64,000 nt of DNA from Azolla caroliniana (GCA_043228905.1 JBHGNT010000012.1:5456001-5520000); one strand, 5' to 3'; shown: positions 35,420-50,145, counted from the stretch's first letter. Program-made: numbers and translations. Notes: generated by a model from the letters alone, not told the origin.

Positions 35420-36260
35420 GTGATGAGTCAAGATGATGACAATCTATAAATTTGCTTACTTGAGCATTATGTAAATGGTCAAAAAGACGAACACAAATTT
35501 CTTGATGTAGACAATCCTTCGTAACAAGGTTTCTAGATGCTTAAGCATTGTTCAACGGGGATGGATATCCATATTGGCAAAGAAGGGATTAAATTTAGCA
35601 GATGAAGGAACTAAATTATTGCATATGTTTGCTCTTATCTAGGTCCAAATCACGACAACACTCGGAATGTAGTTCGAATAGATGGTTGTCACATCGTACA
35701 ACTCGACTAATCATGTCCATAAGCAATTTTGGATCTTCATGAATTGCAAAAAGTCGGTAGACTATCACATCATTACAATGCCCTTGTTGAAATTGATCCA
35801 TCAATGCCTCTTCTTCCCAAAGGATTTTACATAGGCCAAGGTTGGGGTATCTCTTTGTCAATTCTCACACTATCCATACCTCCAAAACAAGTGTAAAACT
35901 CTTTAATAAGCTCATCAAAATCATCCAAAATAGGGGACCTTTCTTCAATAATAACACAAACCGAGTTAACATTATACCAGTCAATGGGTCTTGACCAATC
36001 CTACTCATGCTAAATTATTTGGATATTAAGTGGGATGCATTTGTAATACTAGATTCACTTGGTTTAGAAGCCCTCGAAATCGTAATCAAGTACCATCAAA
36101 TATTGTAGAGACACTTATCATAGGTTCTTTTGACAAACTTTGTGCTCCCAAAGCTCTATCACAAAGTTACTAGAGCCATTCCAAGTTTGTGAACCCTGTG
36201 ATTTAATTCCTCATGTTGTTGAGCTTTCTCAACATTCATTTATTGCAAATCCCTAAGAAG
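35420..36260 (-). pseudogene. Highly decayed Gypsy gag remnant (Tcn1-chromovirus-like)
   Basis: Minus-strand fragments KEP..S....FDGT...FRG.LNQV.L, SPILDDFDELIKEF...FG, WEEEALMDQFQQG..NDV...DPK.L...ISR.VRCDN.LFE. Confidence 0.65.
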
Positions 36261-36710
36261 CCTTTGATTCTTTTGCCCCAAGGCCATGAACTTGATTGTT
36301 AAGTGTTCAATATCACCCAAAATGTGCATATATTCTTGTTCACTTAGAAATGGAGCTATTAGCCCTATTGGTTATATACCCTTTCACAACCCATTATAAA
36401 TTCTGAATCCCAAGCTAACATCTCTTTGAAATGATAATCCTTATGTTAATGTTTTGTTCATTTAAATTTTGATAAACAAAGATGACAAAAACTTCAGTAC
36501 ATTCTCCAAATTAGATAGTCAATGAATTGCACTTTGTGGTTTCCAACTTGTTCATATATTTTGTATGAGCTGATGTATACGAAGACCATTTGCCACAGCG
36601 ATTGAGGTTTGATATCTTGCTTATAACATGTGTTAGAAAATATTTATGGAGAAAAATGGTTAGTGTTAACAAGGGATTGCATGAAAATAGCCTCCAAAGG
36701 AAGGGCTTGA

Positions 36711-39700
36711 TTAGGTTGAATGTGCCTCTCTATGAAGTGTAGTATTGGCTTTTATTTCAAGTTCAAGGCCTTTGGAGTCTTCAAATATCTTTAGCACATC
36801 TCCAATAAGGTATAAAGAGCCAGTGACAAGCACCTGAGAATCAAGAAGAAATATGAGAGCATTTTCAATATCATACCCCAAGGCAAGCTAATTGATGTGA
36901 GTAAAAGTGATTTTAACCTGAAGTTCAACTGGATCCTCTAATGCCCAGCACCTCAGCCAATTCAAAGCTGAAGGTAGAGAAGGCATAATAACACTAGAGG
37001 GACCAAGGACACAACTCTTATACTCACGCCCCAGTTTGCCTTCCTCCACATCTTCCTTTAGTTGCAAATGCCTCAAGGATGATTTAACCATTGCAACTAA
37101 ACCAAAAAAGATTTAAAAATGCACATTAGATCAACTTTGTGCATATCAAATGCAGTAACAAAACCATGCTCACTAATTATCTCCATTTTTTGTGTCGATA
37201 AATCGCAAAATGAATGATGACTGTCATTTTTCTTATCTGGGAAATGAGAAACTCAAAAAAAAATGTTGTTAGTGGACACGACATCTTTCAACCTCCATTG
37301 TATTCCATTTGGATAGATTCCCAAGTTTCTTGGAGCACCCTTTGCCATGACAAATTAGGCTCTCTTTCCAAAGCACTAGTGTAAATATCCGCCACGCTAC
37401 GCAAGTCGATCAACACATTGCTTGAAAATTGGGGCACAAATAAAGCCATGCTTATGTGAACCCCTAGCCAAAAAACCAAATATGTCAATTCATTTCCTTC
37501 ACAACTTTGAGATTTAAATTAAGTAATCATCTTCTTATGAAGCACAGTAGTTCTCTCACCATTTTGCTTGCACTTCTTCATAAAACTTTTCAAGAGAGAA
37601 CGGGGATTACGTTTAGGCATGCAGTTAAAAATCAAGACCTGCAAACATTATTCATATCATCGAAAGTCAGCACACCATATCTAAATATAGTTTCAATTGT
37701 TCTTGTTTTTTCTATTTTTTGTTTGCTTTTGATTTTCTTATCCTTCACCATTTACATTGTCTCGCATAAACACAAAGATAAAAGTTTCACCTTCTGAAGT
37801 TGTACCACTTCTCTTATGTTAGTCCTTGTAGGACCATTCACATGACCATCAGATAACATTCCCACATTGTTGTCATCCATAAGCTTTCCTTTGGTTGTAG
37901 CAGCATAAAACCAATCAGCACATGCTTCCAAGCTTTCCACGGTGTGTGCCCCATCTAAGTAAAAGTCTAACCTTCCAATTTCATGATCACCATCTGTAAT
38001 TTCTTTATTGAGAGCATTACAATGGATTACTTGGCCTCTCCCAGGCCATGATGTAGTTGCAAGACCATGAAGATATTCTTTCGGAAGATGGCCCTGCCAC
38101 AGCTTCAACCAGATGACATATGGCCACAGAAAGGAACAAAATGTAAATTTGAAACTTAGTTTTAACACATACTGACCGTTTCAAGCATGGCTAGGTGTGC
38201 ACTTGATTGTAGTTTCTTCTCAAATGTAGAACATAACGCTATTGCAAGTGCTGCATTTATATTCTGATGCTCCCCATCCAAACCCAGTTTTATGGAATCG
38301 AATTGATATGACTCTAGGGCTGGTGCAATTCTAAATGGTGCCTAGAGATATAAAACAAGATACATCAATATGATGCGATTTTGTTGCTATTAGATTTACA
38401 AATGAATACTAGTGGTAAGCAATTAATGAAAAAGATTAAGAAAAAGAATGGTTTAAGGGTGCTTAACCACATCAACCTCTCCTGAGGACAACGGATAAAT
38501 ATGAAACCCTGTTGTCACCTCATACCACCGAATATGGTCACCGTATTTCACCTTGGTGTCAAGGTGAATATGGATCCAAAGAAAGAAAGCTTTGTCTCTG
38601 CGAAACTCCGGGTAACTAGCTCAACTCCTTAGGCTCCTAGACTGCCACATGTTCCCTTGTGCTCACAAGTCCTTAATGGGTTTGTCCCAAGTCCTAGGAT
38701 TAAAAGGAATCATCCCTTCTTTAAATTCTCAATTCATTTTCACATTCTTATCCCGGTGTGCAGAAACCTATGGGTTTCATTACACCCATAACACTGGAGT
38801 CAAAAGAAACGCAGGGATATTTTATACATAGATATATCTTCTCTTCTTTTTCTCTAGAATTTGCATGAGTTCGGGCCCCTCAATATGTTCTAAAATGGAC
38901 TGTACAATTAAAGAAGTAAAAATAATAGATGGCTAAGCCTATAACCTTAAGCCTAGTTGAATGCTTGATGAACCACATAGGAATGATAGTTTATTTGGCA
39001 TCGTGACTATAACTGTAGTATTTAAAATCTTATCGTTTCATTAATGTTGGTGTATGCTGAAGTGCACCTCTCTGGAGTGGATTGTATTAATTTTGTATAT
39101 CAACTTTTCGTCCCATTTACCTACAAGGCATTCTGAGGACGTACAATATCACTTTGTTTCTCTTCTTTCTTTCTTCATCAATGGGGAAAACCTGCAAGAA
39201 AGGCTCTGTTCCTGTAAGCCACAGGTCAGGAGTTCAGTTCCCTGCCCGATCCCTAACATTACACCAATTGTTTTCCCTGCTCGTTCTATTCATTGATAGC
39301 TAAAATAGTGGAAAACAATAGCCAATGCTCAATATTTTTTTTGAATAAAATTATTTACCGTGTTCTTCAGAAAGATCCAATTATGAAAAGGATTTTTTTA
39401 TTATACCGATAGTATTCTTGACTGTTCATGAAGAACTTCCATTGCTTCAGGTGTTTGGGGAACTGAAATAGCTGGCACACCTGCCTTCAGCAGATAAATA
39501 AATGATCATTTACAGGCTTAACCATGGCTCCATCAATTACATTATTTCTACAAGAAACTTAGAGCTACCTTGAATATTCCAGCTTTATGATATGCTATTT
39601 CTGCAAGGGTATTTCCTGCATTGTCAACAACAGTTTTCAGCTTCAATATCATCCAACAAGAGGATATCAACCTGAATCTATTGTCTATAAGGTACCCACC

Positions 39701-42700
39701 TAAGACCTCCGTGTGATCAAAGCCAAGAGAAGTAATTCCACAGACAACAGGATTCTGAATCTGCAGGGTATAACAACAAGCAAAATAGAACTCAGGAAAA
39801 CATCCTCGATAGTATCACTCGCTACCTTCTGCATTAAATGTGACCCATGCAACTGCCGTTCCTTAATTCTGTTGCAAGCAGCATATGGGGGATTGTCACC
39901 CACTCATTAACAACTATATGATAAAAGTGAAAAGCAAAACATACATTAAACTGAATTCCTATAAACTGTAAGCAACGCATGAACAGATATAGCATGGCAA
40001 AGTCTATGAATGGAGCTGAATCTCTACTTTCTGCAGATCATGTGGTGATGCCACATGAAAAGTTTGAAAGATCACTAAGTTAGGAAGGTGTGTCCAATGC
40101 CAAGTAATACTCACGTTGACTTCTGACATCAACACCAGGGTTATCATCCATGTAGACATGGATAACATGTGCAGCACAAATCAATCCCTATCTACAATCA
40201 CTTATGAGGCATTGTTTTAGATATGGATGATATCCTTGCTTGTGTACCAATGGATTTATCTACGTGCAAAAAGAAGGCTATATTGCAATTCTCAATCTTG
40301 GCCTGTATTATTATTTTTTATCAGAATTCTCAGTCAGAGTATGTCATGCATTAAGAAACATTGAAAGTTACATAGTCCCTTAATGAGTTATTGAAGATTC
40401 AACAGCCTCACAACAGTTGCTGACCTCTTCAATCAAGTTACAATAACGCTCATGTTTTAATCATAATAAACCACTAAAAGAACTTTGGTCAAAGAAGCAC
40501 TCCAAGAAACATAAAACGAATCTGAATTTCACAAGGTTCTTACAAATTTGAAAAGCTGCATGAAGATAATTATTCATGCTAAGTTGCACCACAGATATCG
40601 AAATATCTTTTCAGGATGTTAACATACATACATATGGAGTTCAAAGCTTATTAAACTTTACAAGAAATTCTACATAGAAAACATACAAACAAAAACAAAG
40701 TTTCTAGAATATTAGCACTACGATACAATAGATTTCACTGTAATTTCCTAGCATGACTCTTCTTTTAGATAAGGAAATAAGGCAGGATTATTATTCATAT
40801 TAGCAACTTTAAGCTTTACAAGGAGCACAGATCCTATATCAATTATTCATGAATGTTGTGCACTAGATGTGATGGCATCTCTAGTCGCATTATGAGTGCC
40901 CAAGTGTAAGTAAACAACCATAAACAAACTACTTACAACATTTGTTGCATCATATCGCCCACCAAGTCCAGCCTCTAGAATAACAACATCAACCTGAAGA
41001 TTTTAGCAGAAACTTGAATTTAGAGAAACTTGTCACTGGACACACGATAAACTGCTGAAAGACTACAATTAATTCTATTGATATCATAATGCAACCCATG
41101 GAAAACTGTCGGGAGAATGAATTTTTTCTTTCGATATATTGTAGTTTCCATTCTAATGGAATATGTCATTGATTTTCCGACCTTCACAATTTCATGCGAA
41201 ACCCATTTGGTGAAATGTCTGTATGATACAGAATATGAATGCACAAGTACAGAATTCTGTATCAGGGATGTGTACTAGGCTATATTTCAGCATGCAATCT
41301 GGACAATCAGCAATATTTTGGCAGGTGGCTTCCAACTTTAGAAGCTGAAGAACACACTGGAGCCAATCCCGAGTGAATGGTGCAATCATGTCATATTGGC
41401 TTTGACCTCCTCAAGGACATAGACTCTACAGAGATCAAATTCTTAGCCACAAAAAGCATGTGTGTGCATGATGCACATATGCGATCAGTGAGTATACCAA
41501 TACGAAGACAACATCCTCTTTCTTGCAGGTTCAATGCTAACACACAATAGTAGATCAGACTTGGGACTGAATTTAATTAAGCCACAATTGCTTTATGTAC
41601 ACTCTTATATAGAATAATGTACCTGCCTAATAAATGGCAAGATTTCTTTTATTTGGAACACTTGGCATTTAAGATGGTATCTACTTTCTACTGGACTAAA
41701 CATTCACAATAACTTTCATTCTTTTACAAACTCTTGCCTTACAAATGTGTGTGATACTTTCTTTGTATGAAATCAAAACTATTCCATTTATTGATTTACA
41801 ATCACTTCGTCCTTAAACATAAAGAGCTGCATGCATACATCTTTGATTATAAGCATCCAAAGACAAGTATAGTGAGTAGCCAGTGTGGCTGTATATGCCA
41901 TATGATCAAAGAAAAGAAGTATATTTTTCGCTTACATTCTCTTCTTTGAACATCCTGAGAGCAAGGAATGTAAGAAATGGGAAAAAAAATGGAAGATTAA
42001 GGCAAACACATTCGTTTCTCATATCCTGTAATTGCCAAATGATAAAATGTATCAGTACAACAATTGACCCTCAGTAAAGATTAAATAGCAGTAAAGAAAC
42101 CCCTCAGTAAAAAGGGAAAAAAGAAGTAAAATTAATTTAGCAATATAGCACCATACACATAATATGAGTTCCACCTTCACTCTTGGGTGCCCTGGCCAAG
42201 AAGTGTACGTACTTGTGTGATGATTATAAGAATAAGATTAGCATGTCAAAGAAGAACCATTTTAAGAATAAGACCATCACTTACTTCAAGACGATTCCAA
42301 CACCACCAAAAGTGTTTTGTAAATATTTCCTCTGAAACAAGGTTCCTACAAGCATATCATAAAGTATAGTGACCATATCAAGCCAAGGCCATTGATGCAA
42401 TCAGAATGTCTAACTTCTTATTACTTATCCTTTCTTACCCATTGAAAGAAAATCGCTCACGGATGTCAAGAAGATGTGGTGATGTGAATAATCCAGTTCG
42501 ATATCCAGATGACCGTAATATATGTTCTGTGAATGCACAAGTGGATCCCTGGGAACCACATATATAGCAAAGACAATGTTTTTTTAAATCATTTTATGCA
42601 TTAACAGCCAATTATGAAAAAATGTGCTCTTTCCATAGTTGCAATTCATCATTTGCAAACTTTGTTGGCAAGAAAATGCAACTTACATTAGAATTTTATC

Positions 42701-45122
42701 ACCACTATAATTTTCAAGATCTACTTTAAAACTTTTGCAAACTTTGTCGGTAAAAAAAAAGGTGCCACTTTTATAAACTTTCGCAAATTTTATTGGCAAG
42801 AAAAGGCAACTTTTATCCTAATGTTATCACCAGTATAATTTTCAAGATCTACTTTAAATCATTGTTTCATCTGCATATTCAAGTATTTTGTATTTTGATG
42901 TATAAATATCATGTGTCTCTGAAGACTATTACTTGGATTGTAAACATTTCCACAGATTTCCAGAGTAAAAACATGTATTTTATAAACCCCGATTTGCACG
43001 ACATCTAAATATACAACAAATAAGAATGTGAGGCCATTCCATGTGGGAACTAATTGGTGCATTATTAGCAGTTATCACAACATCATGTCAATTGACAATT
43101 CCAGCAAGTTTATTATTGACAGCCCAACATAAGAGGATCACAATGTTTGGTACCTTTCCCTTTGTTCCTGCAACATGAATGATATTGAGCTGCGAAAGAG
43201 ATTCATCCAATTCCAAGACCTGTTGTGACTAAATGTCAGGAAGTTTGTACAACCACCCAAAATAAAAGGATGAACTGAGAGAAATTCTCTATTGCACCTA
43301 TTAAAAGATGGAACCAGGTTATGCGGCATTTTAATACATGTAAGGCCAAATCAACACTTGCATATAATGGGAGAGGCTCCCACATATTATAAAGAAAGTA
43401 GTCTAATCACATTTCCGGTGTCTCTCGTTGGACCATAGTACGTAATATACTCGAATGAATTGGCAAACATTCCTTTTCATGTGAATGCAAACGAATGTGT
43501 ATGTTATCAAACCATTCTTATGTTTTTTTACACTTTTTACCTTAACTTTCTTACCTTAAAAAATTTACCTTATAATAAATAATGAATACAAAAGTATGGT
43601 ATTTACCATACTTTGAGGGTGTTTCCCATACTCGAATGATTGAAACATTCGAGAATGCGAATGCACGTATGGTTCATACTATGCTTTGGACTCCTACTAC
43701 TAGGTTCAAGAAGAACAATTATAATGTGTCTGCATAGTTTCATTATGTTTCATAAAGTGCTTAATAGCTTATATAATGTCAACTGCTCATATGTTATATT
43801 TCCCGATGTCCGTTGTCATGACAATTCCATTATATCACCAACAAAAAGATCCCACGCTATTTTTCAACATCCCTCAATCTCTGCAGCTCCCTAGGGCTGT
43901 TAGAATTTTATATATATATTATATATTCTACAAAAAGCACAATGTCACCTATCAGACCAAATACTAATAGCATTGTCTCTACAACTTGCAAAATTCAGAT
44001 GTCGAAGCCTAAAATAACCTGTTGATGAACATATATACCACAAGATGCACCAAATGGCAATAATAATGAGTAACGTTATGCCAGAAATCTAGATACACAA
44101 TTTGATCCCCCTTTGAAAAGAACAAATCTCTGAAATCCTCCATCACAGTAGAAATTGGTCAGTCACCTCACTTGTAGTGTACAAAGATGAATGTCATGGC
44201 AGTCATTACCAAGATAACTAATGTTGTGGGTGATGAACATACATTCTTAATGAGAGAATAAAACCCATCCTCATTGCTCAAACTTTTCACACCTATACGT
44301 AGAGGGTTGTTGTGACAACTCCCTACGTAGAACAACAGCAATGTTGACAGCATTATAGGTGATTATCTACAATAACCAGCTCATTAATATCGATAACTGG
44401 TTGAATTTTCTTGTTGGTGCGAAAAGATGTCCTATCTGATCCACCAACAAATGGATTTCTATAAGGAGGTCATAAGGATTGCTAAGGAGAGGATTACAAC
44501 CTTTTTACCCATTGATTTAGAGTACGAAGAAGAAGAAGGGGTTGATTCGAACAGTAAGTAGAAGATCAAACCTTTTCCAGGGAGGAAGAAGTGGTTGATG
44601 AGCTTGCATTATTTTATTGTGAGGACCAAGGACCCCTTAAACATAGAATTGAAATAATGGATAAACCAAGATCCCTGTGGTAAGGCGACTATCCCCTCCG
44701 TGTACATATTTGAAACCCTAAATCTACCTACCTTTCACACCACAACCACCCATATCGTCAAGTTTAAAAATATGAGATATTGATGATGAGATGAGAATGA
44801 CACGGCAAGAAATAATCTGACAGAAAATGTGAGATGCTAAGATGAGATAACAAGTGGTGAGATTTTCTGAATAAAGATGATTAATAACATGTTTGATGAG
44901 AATAATAGAATTTTTGGAATGAAATAAAGGAGCACCAACCTTCGTGAATTTGGAGAGGAGGTTGAACCTAGAAATCTGAGAAGGAAGCCCCCTGATGTTT
45001 GCATGGGGATAATGATGAGGAAGAGGTGGGGGAGCAGGAGCAGGAGCCTTTGACGGTAGATCTATGAGTGGGCGTGTGGAAAGGAAGCGGTTGAGAGTGG
45101 CTATGGCTTCCTTGAAAGACAT
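36711..45122 (-). CDS. FPGS: Folylpolyglutamate synthase (15 exons, ~590 aa)
   Basis: Exons 45122-44940, 43219-43154, 42548-42439, 42345-42285, 42025-41936, 40993-40937, 39760-39700, 39615-39569, 39484-39407, 38341-38177, 38093-37791, 37638-37560, 37463-37293, 37096-36918, 36833-36711. All GT-AG and in phase. Motifs [62 protein letters not shown]. First exon least certain. Confidence 0.92.
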
Positions 45123-45186
45123 TAGCAGAGCTCTCTCTAAACCAATCAACCACTTCTTCTTCCTCCTCCTCCTCCTCCTCCTCCTC

Positions 45187-45448
45187 TTCTTTAAGCAATC
45201 AGTAAATTCTTCGTGTTCTGCTTAACAAATCAATCGATTGAATCAATCCTCCTGCTGCTGCTGCTTCTTCTTCTTCTTCTTCTTTAAGCAATCAGTAAAT
45301 TCTTCGTGCTCTGCTTAACCAATCAATCAATTGAATCAATCCTGCTGCTGCTTCTTCTTCTTCTTTAAGCAATCAGTAAATTCTTCGTGTTCTGCTTAAC
45401 CAATCAATCAATCAATCAATCCTGCTACTGTTTCTTCTTCTTCTTCTA
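45187..45448. repeat. Three tandem ~80-95 bp units with embedded (CTT)/(CTG)/(AATC) microsatellites upstream of the FPGS ATG
   Basis: tctttaagcaatcagtaaattcttcgtg.tctgcttaac occurs three times. Confidence 0.85.
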
Positions 45449-45887
45449 CACAGTTCATGTGGAGAAGAGGAAGAAGAAGGAGAAAAGGAGCGAGCCATGG
45501 TGGAGGATGGGGCCCCATCGCGATGGTGGATCTGATCATGGGATCATGGAACCTTTTTTGTTCCAAAATATGTATTGTATGTACTGTATGTAATAGCTGC
45601 AGCCTGCTTTACAGAATAAATAGCAAACGATTCTGTGTGAACCGCGATAACACGGCTTAAGGTTTAAACGGTTCGGCTCGGGTTCAGTTTTTTTGTAAAC
45701 GGTTCAACTTTCGGTTTACTTTGAGCCTTTCTCGACTTAACGGTTTCGGTCTAAACGGTTTGAAACCGCAATTCAAATGGGGTTTAAACGATTTGACGGA
45801 TGGGGTTTTAATTAATTTGACGGCTTCGAATTGATACTCGATAATTTTTTTAAATATTTATTTACATATTTTAAGCCTAATTTTGAT

Positions 45888-46283
45888 TAGCAATGGGCAC
45901 GGTTTTGACTCGAACCGAACTGAACCATTAAGCCATGGCTTAACAGTTTATTGGTTCAAAGATAAATAAACCGTTTGGTTTGGTTTCAAATATTATGATC
46001 CAGTTTTGTTTCGGTTCGGTTCAGTTTTGAATTTAGCAGTTTCGGCTTATGTGGTTGGTTTTAAGGTTTTAAAGTTTTGAAGGTTTAAAGGTTTATTGGT
46101 TTATATGTTTGGTTTGGTTTTGATTTATGATAAACCGATTTGGTTTGGTTCTAAATTTTTCATAAACGGTTTGGTTTAAATGGTTTCAAAAAATTTAAAC
46201 AGTTTGGTTTGGTTTTTAATATAAATAAATGGTTTGGTTTGGTTTCAAGGCCAAGAAACCGAACCAAACTGCGCCCATTGCTA
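45888..46283. mobile_element. MITE-like non-autonomous DNA transposon (hAT-like) inside a similar GGTT/AACC-rich element (~45650-46545)
   Basis: Inverted ends tagcaatgggc / gcccattgcta; possible 8-bp TSD attttgat/atattcat (6/8); many ggtttggttt/aaacgg subterminal motifs. Confidence 0.6.
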
Positions 46284-49200
46284 ATATTCATATTTTAAAG
46301 AAATTTTTTAAAATTCTTAAAATTAAAATACGAAAGTTTGAATTTTGACTTAGTTTGAAAACCAAAACCAAACCACGAAACCGTTGTTTTAACTGTTTAC
46401 AAGTTTAAAAGTCTTTGAAACTGTTTGGTTTGAGCATGAATATTTTGTAATGGTTCAGTTAAAACTGTTTTTGTTTAAACGGTTTCATGGTTTGGTTTGG
46501 TTTGAGCTTGAATATTGACACTAATTGAACCGAGCCATTGCCGATTGTTAAACGCATAGAAACAAATATTGACAAACGAACAAGATTGTAGTTAGTATGG
46601 ATTTTTGGTGGGCAGCTGGGCAACCAGACATGTCATATGATGGCGGCCCAAAGGGCCCCAATTTGTTCACCCCGTGACATGCAACACACATGAGAAAAAG
46701 GTTGCCCTGAGTCTCGAACTTGTCGTCGGGCCTTCGAACCACAAGATGCATACAGGTGACATCCTTCTTGTCCAAGACCTAAGCCGAAAAAAAACAAGAA
46801 GAAGAAGAAGACAAGTGATTGTACATGTATCACTTTTTCGTCAAGTTGCCTTTGGGGGGCACATGTAGTCTTTCATGTTTTTTACTTGGGATGCGAAGGT
46901 GGCCTGAGATGGGAGGGGCCAAAGCAGAGCGGGCTCTTTCCGAACTGCTTGAAAAAAGAAAACGTGGATGGGTGTATCCTTCGTGCTATTTTGTTTATGA
47001 TCTTCAAATATATTAACTATTTCGAAATCATCTGTTTTCTTTCGAGTAAAAACAATCTAGATTTAAATCCATTCGTTTTCTAGATCATTTCGCGGGCAGT
47101 AGATTTTCCGAATATGTTGATGAATCGTGGTTGTTAACCGTGATTGACATCATAATTTGTATTGGTAGGCATGGCAAACTATCCAACCGAATGGAGCTTT
47201 CGAGAGAACAAATATAGAGCATTTGAGAGAGCAATCACATGACATGCCCATTGATTCCAATGTGTTTCTGCATGTTGTTGCCTTCCCCAATTTGTATATG
47301 CACAACATGGGACAACCCCCCACCTCACTTATTTGAGCTTGAAGAAACCTCCTCGTGGCAAGTGATTGCCACATCTTTTTTCTTATTAAGTGGAATAGGA
47401 GAGAAAAAGAAATCGAAATCGATTATGCCGCGATCTTAGAGAAACAACAATACAACAATTCTATTGATAAGAATGGTAATAGTGTGTTGGTTAATAACAT
47501 GCATTGGTTGGTTGCTAAGAATGATGTAAGAGTTCAACCAAAAAACGTGATCAAAGTGACACAAATTGCTAGAGTTATCACCTTGCTATATAGTATGTCT
47601 TCTCGTAATAATCCCCCAAACTTAGCATTTGTGTTTTGACAAGCTTCGTTTCATAAATATCATGCCAACATATCCTTGTAATCCAAGTCTCTATAAAAAA
47701 GTTAAATATTTTTACTTTGTTGTTATAAGTGATTCCTGAACAGTCACACTCTCAAAGCTCCAATGTTTGAGGCTTCCAATATTTATACCATGCGGGGGAT
47801 AAATGGTTAAGAAATTTGACAATGGCTTCTAGAAAGCAAAAAGGAGGACAAACGCCATGACACTCTAGAAGATACACATGACAACATCATTACAAAATAT
47901 CGTAAAAGACTAAAAGATATTTTCTACACTCATGTTTGTGATATCTTATGAAAAACCACAATATCTATAAGACGGGTGTAAATGTAATTTGGTAGAATCG
48001 AGAATCTCCCTCCAACATCATATCTTATTACTAACTAGCTTTAACACCACATAAAGTCATGTATGAACACGAAAAGCCCATCTAGTTATTCACGAGTCCA
48101 CATGGAAATTAGATATAGCCCATGAGCGTGTACCAACAGACCTCATTACCACTTTGATATATGTATTCCAACATGCACACTCATGCATGAGCACATAAAA
48201 GTCACTTATGAACACATAACGCACGCATTGTTTGCAATTGGAGCTATCTTTAACTTGTGTCCACACACACACATTCTCTCTCTTCTCTGTCTCTGTCTTT
48301 GTCTCTCTCTCACACACACACATCTATGACCACATAAAACACATCTTTATTTGTTTCACTCCCTATGTTGTAAAAATATTAGTACATGGAATAAATAAAT
48401 AAATATTAGTACATCGACTCATTGACAAAATGTTGCAAAGAAAAACTTTCACCACTGCATTATATTTATGAAATTGAAAATTTGTATTATTCCATTATGC
48501 ATTTTAGAGCTATCGAAGTTTCGTATGTTACTTATGTGCAAAAACCATGCTCTTGACCTCATATGCTAGCATGTATTGTTTATCATAACAAGATATTCCA
48601 TGCACAAGGAGATGTTTTTTTTTTCCCATCTCTTCTTTCATGGTGCTTCTTTCTTTGAAAAGAAGAATGTTCGTTGGAAGCTTGTATGTATTCATAGTTT
48701 AACTTGGGGATTATAGTCATTTTTGCTTGACCCTTTGAGCTAATGGTATATATATTGCACACTAGACCTTTTATGTTGCGTGATGTCGATAAGGATGTGT
48801 ATAAGTTCACCCTAGATCTTTTACATTGTTGATATCTATCTTGATACGCACGCATGAGTTCACATGCTTTGCTTTTCTCATTAGGGTTCCATCGCGATTG
48901 CCAAGGAGGTGTAAACTCTTTGCACATGCCTTCTTCCACAACCTTGATATTTTATGGATGTGATATTGATGACACTTTATATCCAGATGCATAAGAAAAA
49001 CAAATCAACAAAATAATCCATCTCATTCGAGTGATAAATCAATAAAATCCTATCATATTTGAGTGACTAAGCTATTAGAAAACATGGGGATAAAGAATAT
49101 GTGCATCATCAAATCAACCATCTTAGCCAAATCTACGCTTCACTCAATACATGATAATATGTGCCAAACAATATGGTTTGATATCTATTACACTTTATAA

Positions 49201-49737
49201 TTGCATATATCTAGATGCTGATGTGTATCAACCTATAATCAACATGGATAAACTTATGTTTGTCAACACCGAACGGGAAACACCACTCCTCTAGCATGGC
49301 CACTCTTCATCCTATACGATTGACAACACATAGACATAAAAAGACTAGCTTGTGCATTGCCGATGTGTACATAGAATAGTGAGAGAGAAAGATGTGCGCC
49401 TAACACCATAAACAAGCAGGCAAGTGAGCGTGAGCGAGAGATGGGGACACATGTCACTAACATCATCTTGACACGAATTGGGCATATATGATCTATCCAT
49501 GGGAAGTGTGTCCATGGCTATGGAGGAGAGGCAAGAGCAGAATATACATATCTCCCCTAGCACAACAACTCGAAAACTCGTCGGAAGAAATGAGGAGAGG
49601 ATGGGCAAGAGACAAGACACTCGTGCATATGTCCTAGACATCGTCACCGCAAAGAGCGAACACACGGGTCAACGAAAGAAGGCCCAAACATATGCAATGG
49701 ATCTGATTGGCCTCTGGCCATTTCATCCCTCCTACCA

Positions 49738-49910
49738 TCATGACCCATGACCCATGACCCATGACCCATAGCTTGTGATCAATAACCAATGACCTATGAC
49801 CTATGACCCATGACTCACATGACCCATGACCCATGACCCACATGACCATGAACCATGAACCATGACCATGACCCATGACATCCATGGGCCATGACCATCA
49901 TCATCACCAT
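49738..49910. repeat. (CCATGAC)n-type heptamer minisatellite followed by (CT)n
   Basis: Directly visible degenerate repeats upstream of the COG0523 gene. Confidence 0.85.
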
Positions 49911-50042
49911 GGGACCTCTCTCTCTCTCTCTCTCTCTCTCAAACACCAAGAAGAAGAAGAAGAAGAAAAGAAGAAGATATTTTGCTCCAGAAGCTTCTTC
50001 TTTTCCTTAAGCTCCTCCTCCTCCTCCTCCTCTTCAATTCTA

Positions 50043-50083
<41 letters not shown>

Positions 50084-50145
50084 TTCTCTGTCTGCGCAGG
50101 AAGAGGTCCCAGTCGAAGAAAGGAGGTGCTGCGAGAAACCCCAAA

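Noticed and set aside
42653-42858. Short intronic direct repeats (also ~56040-56172 and ~57358-57635)
   Set aside because: Ordinary local tandem duplications with no TE ends or coding signal.
43960-44725. Possible decayed LTR/TE pieces in FPGS introns (also ~38490-38900) and intergenic 46550-49700 and 60100-61800
   Set aside because: Could not define termini, TSDs or protein motifs by eye.
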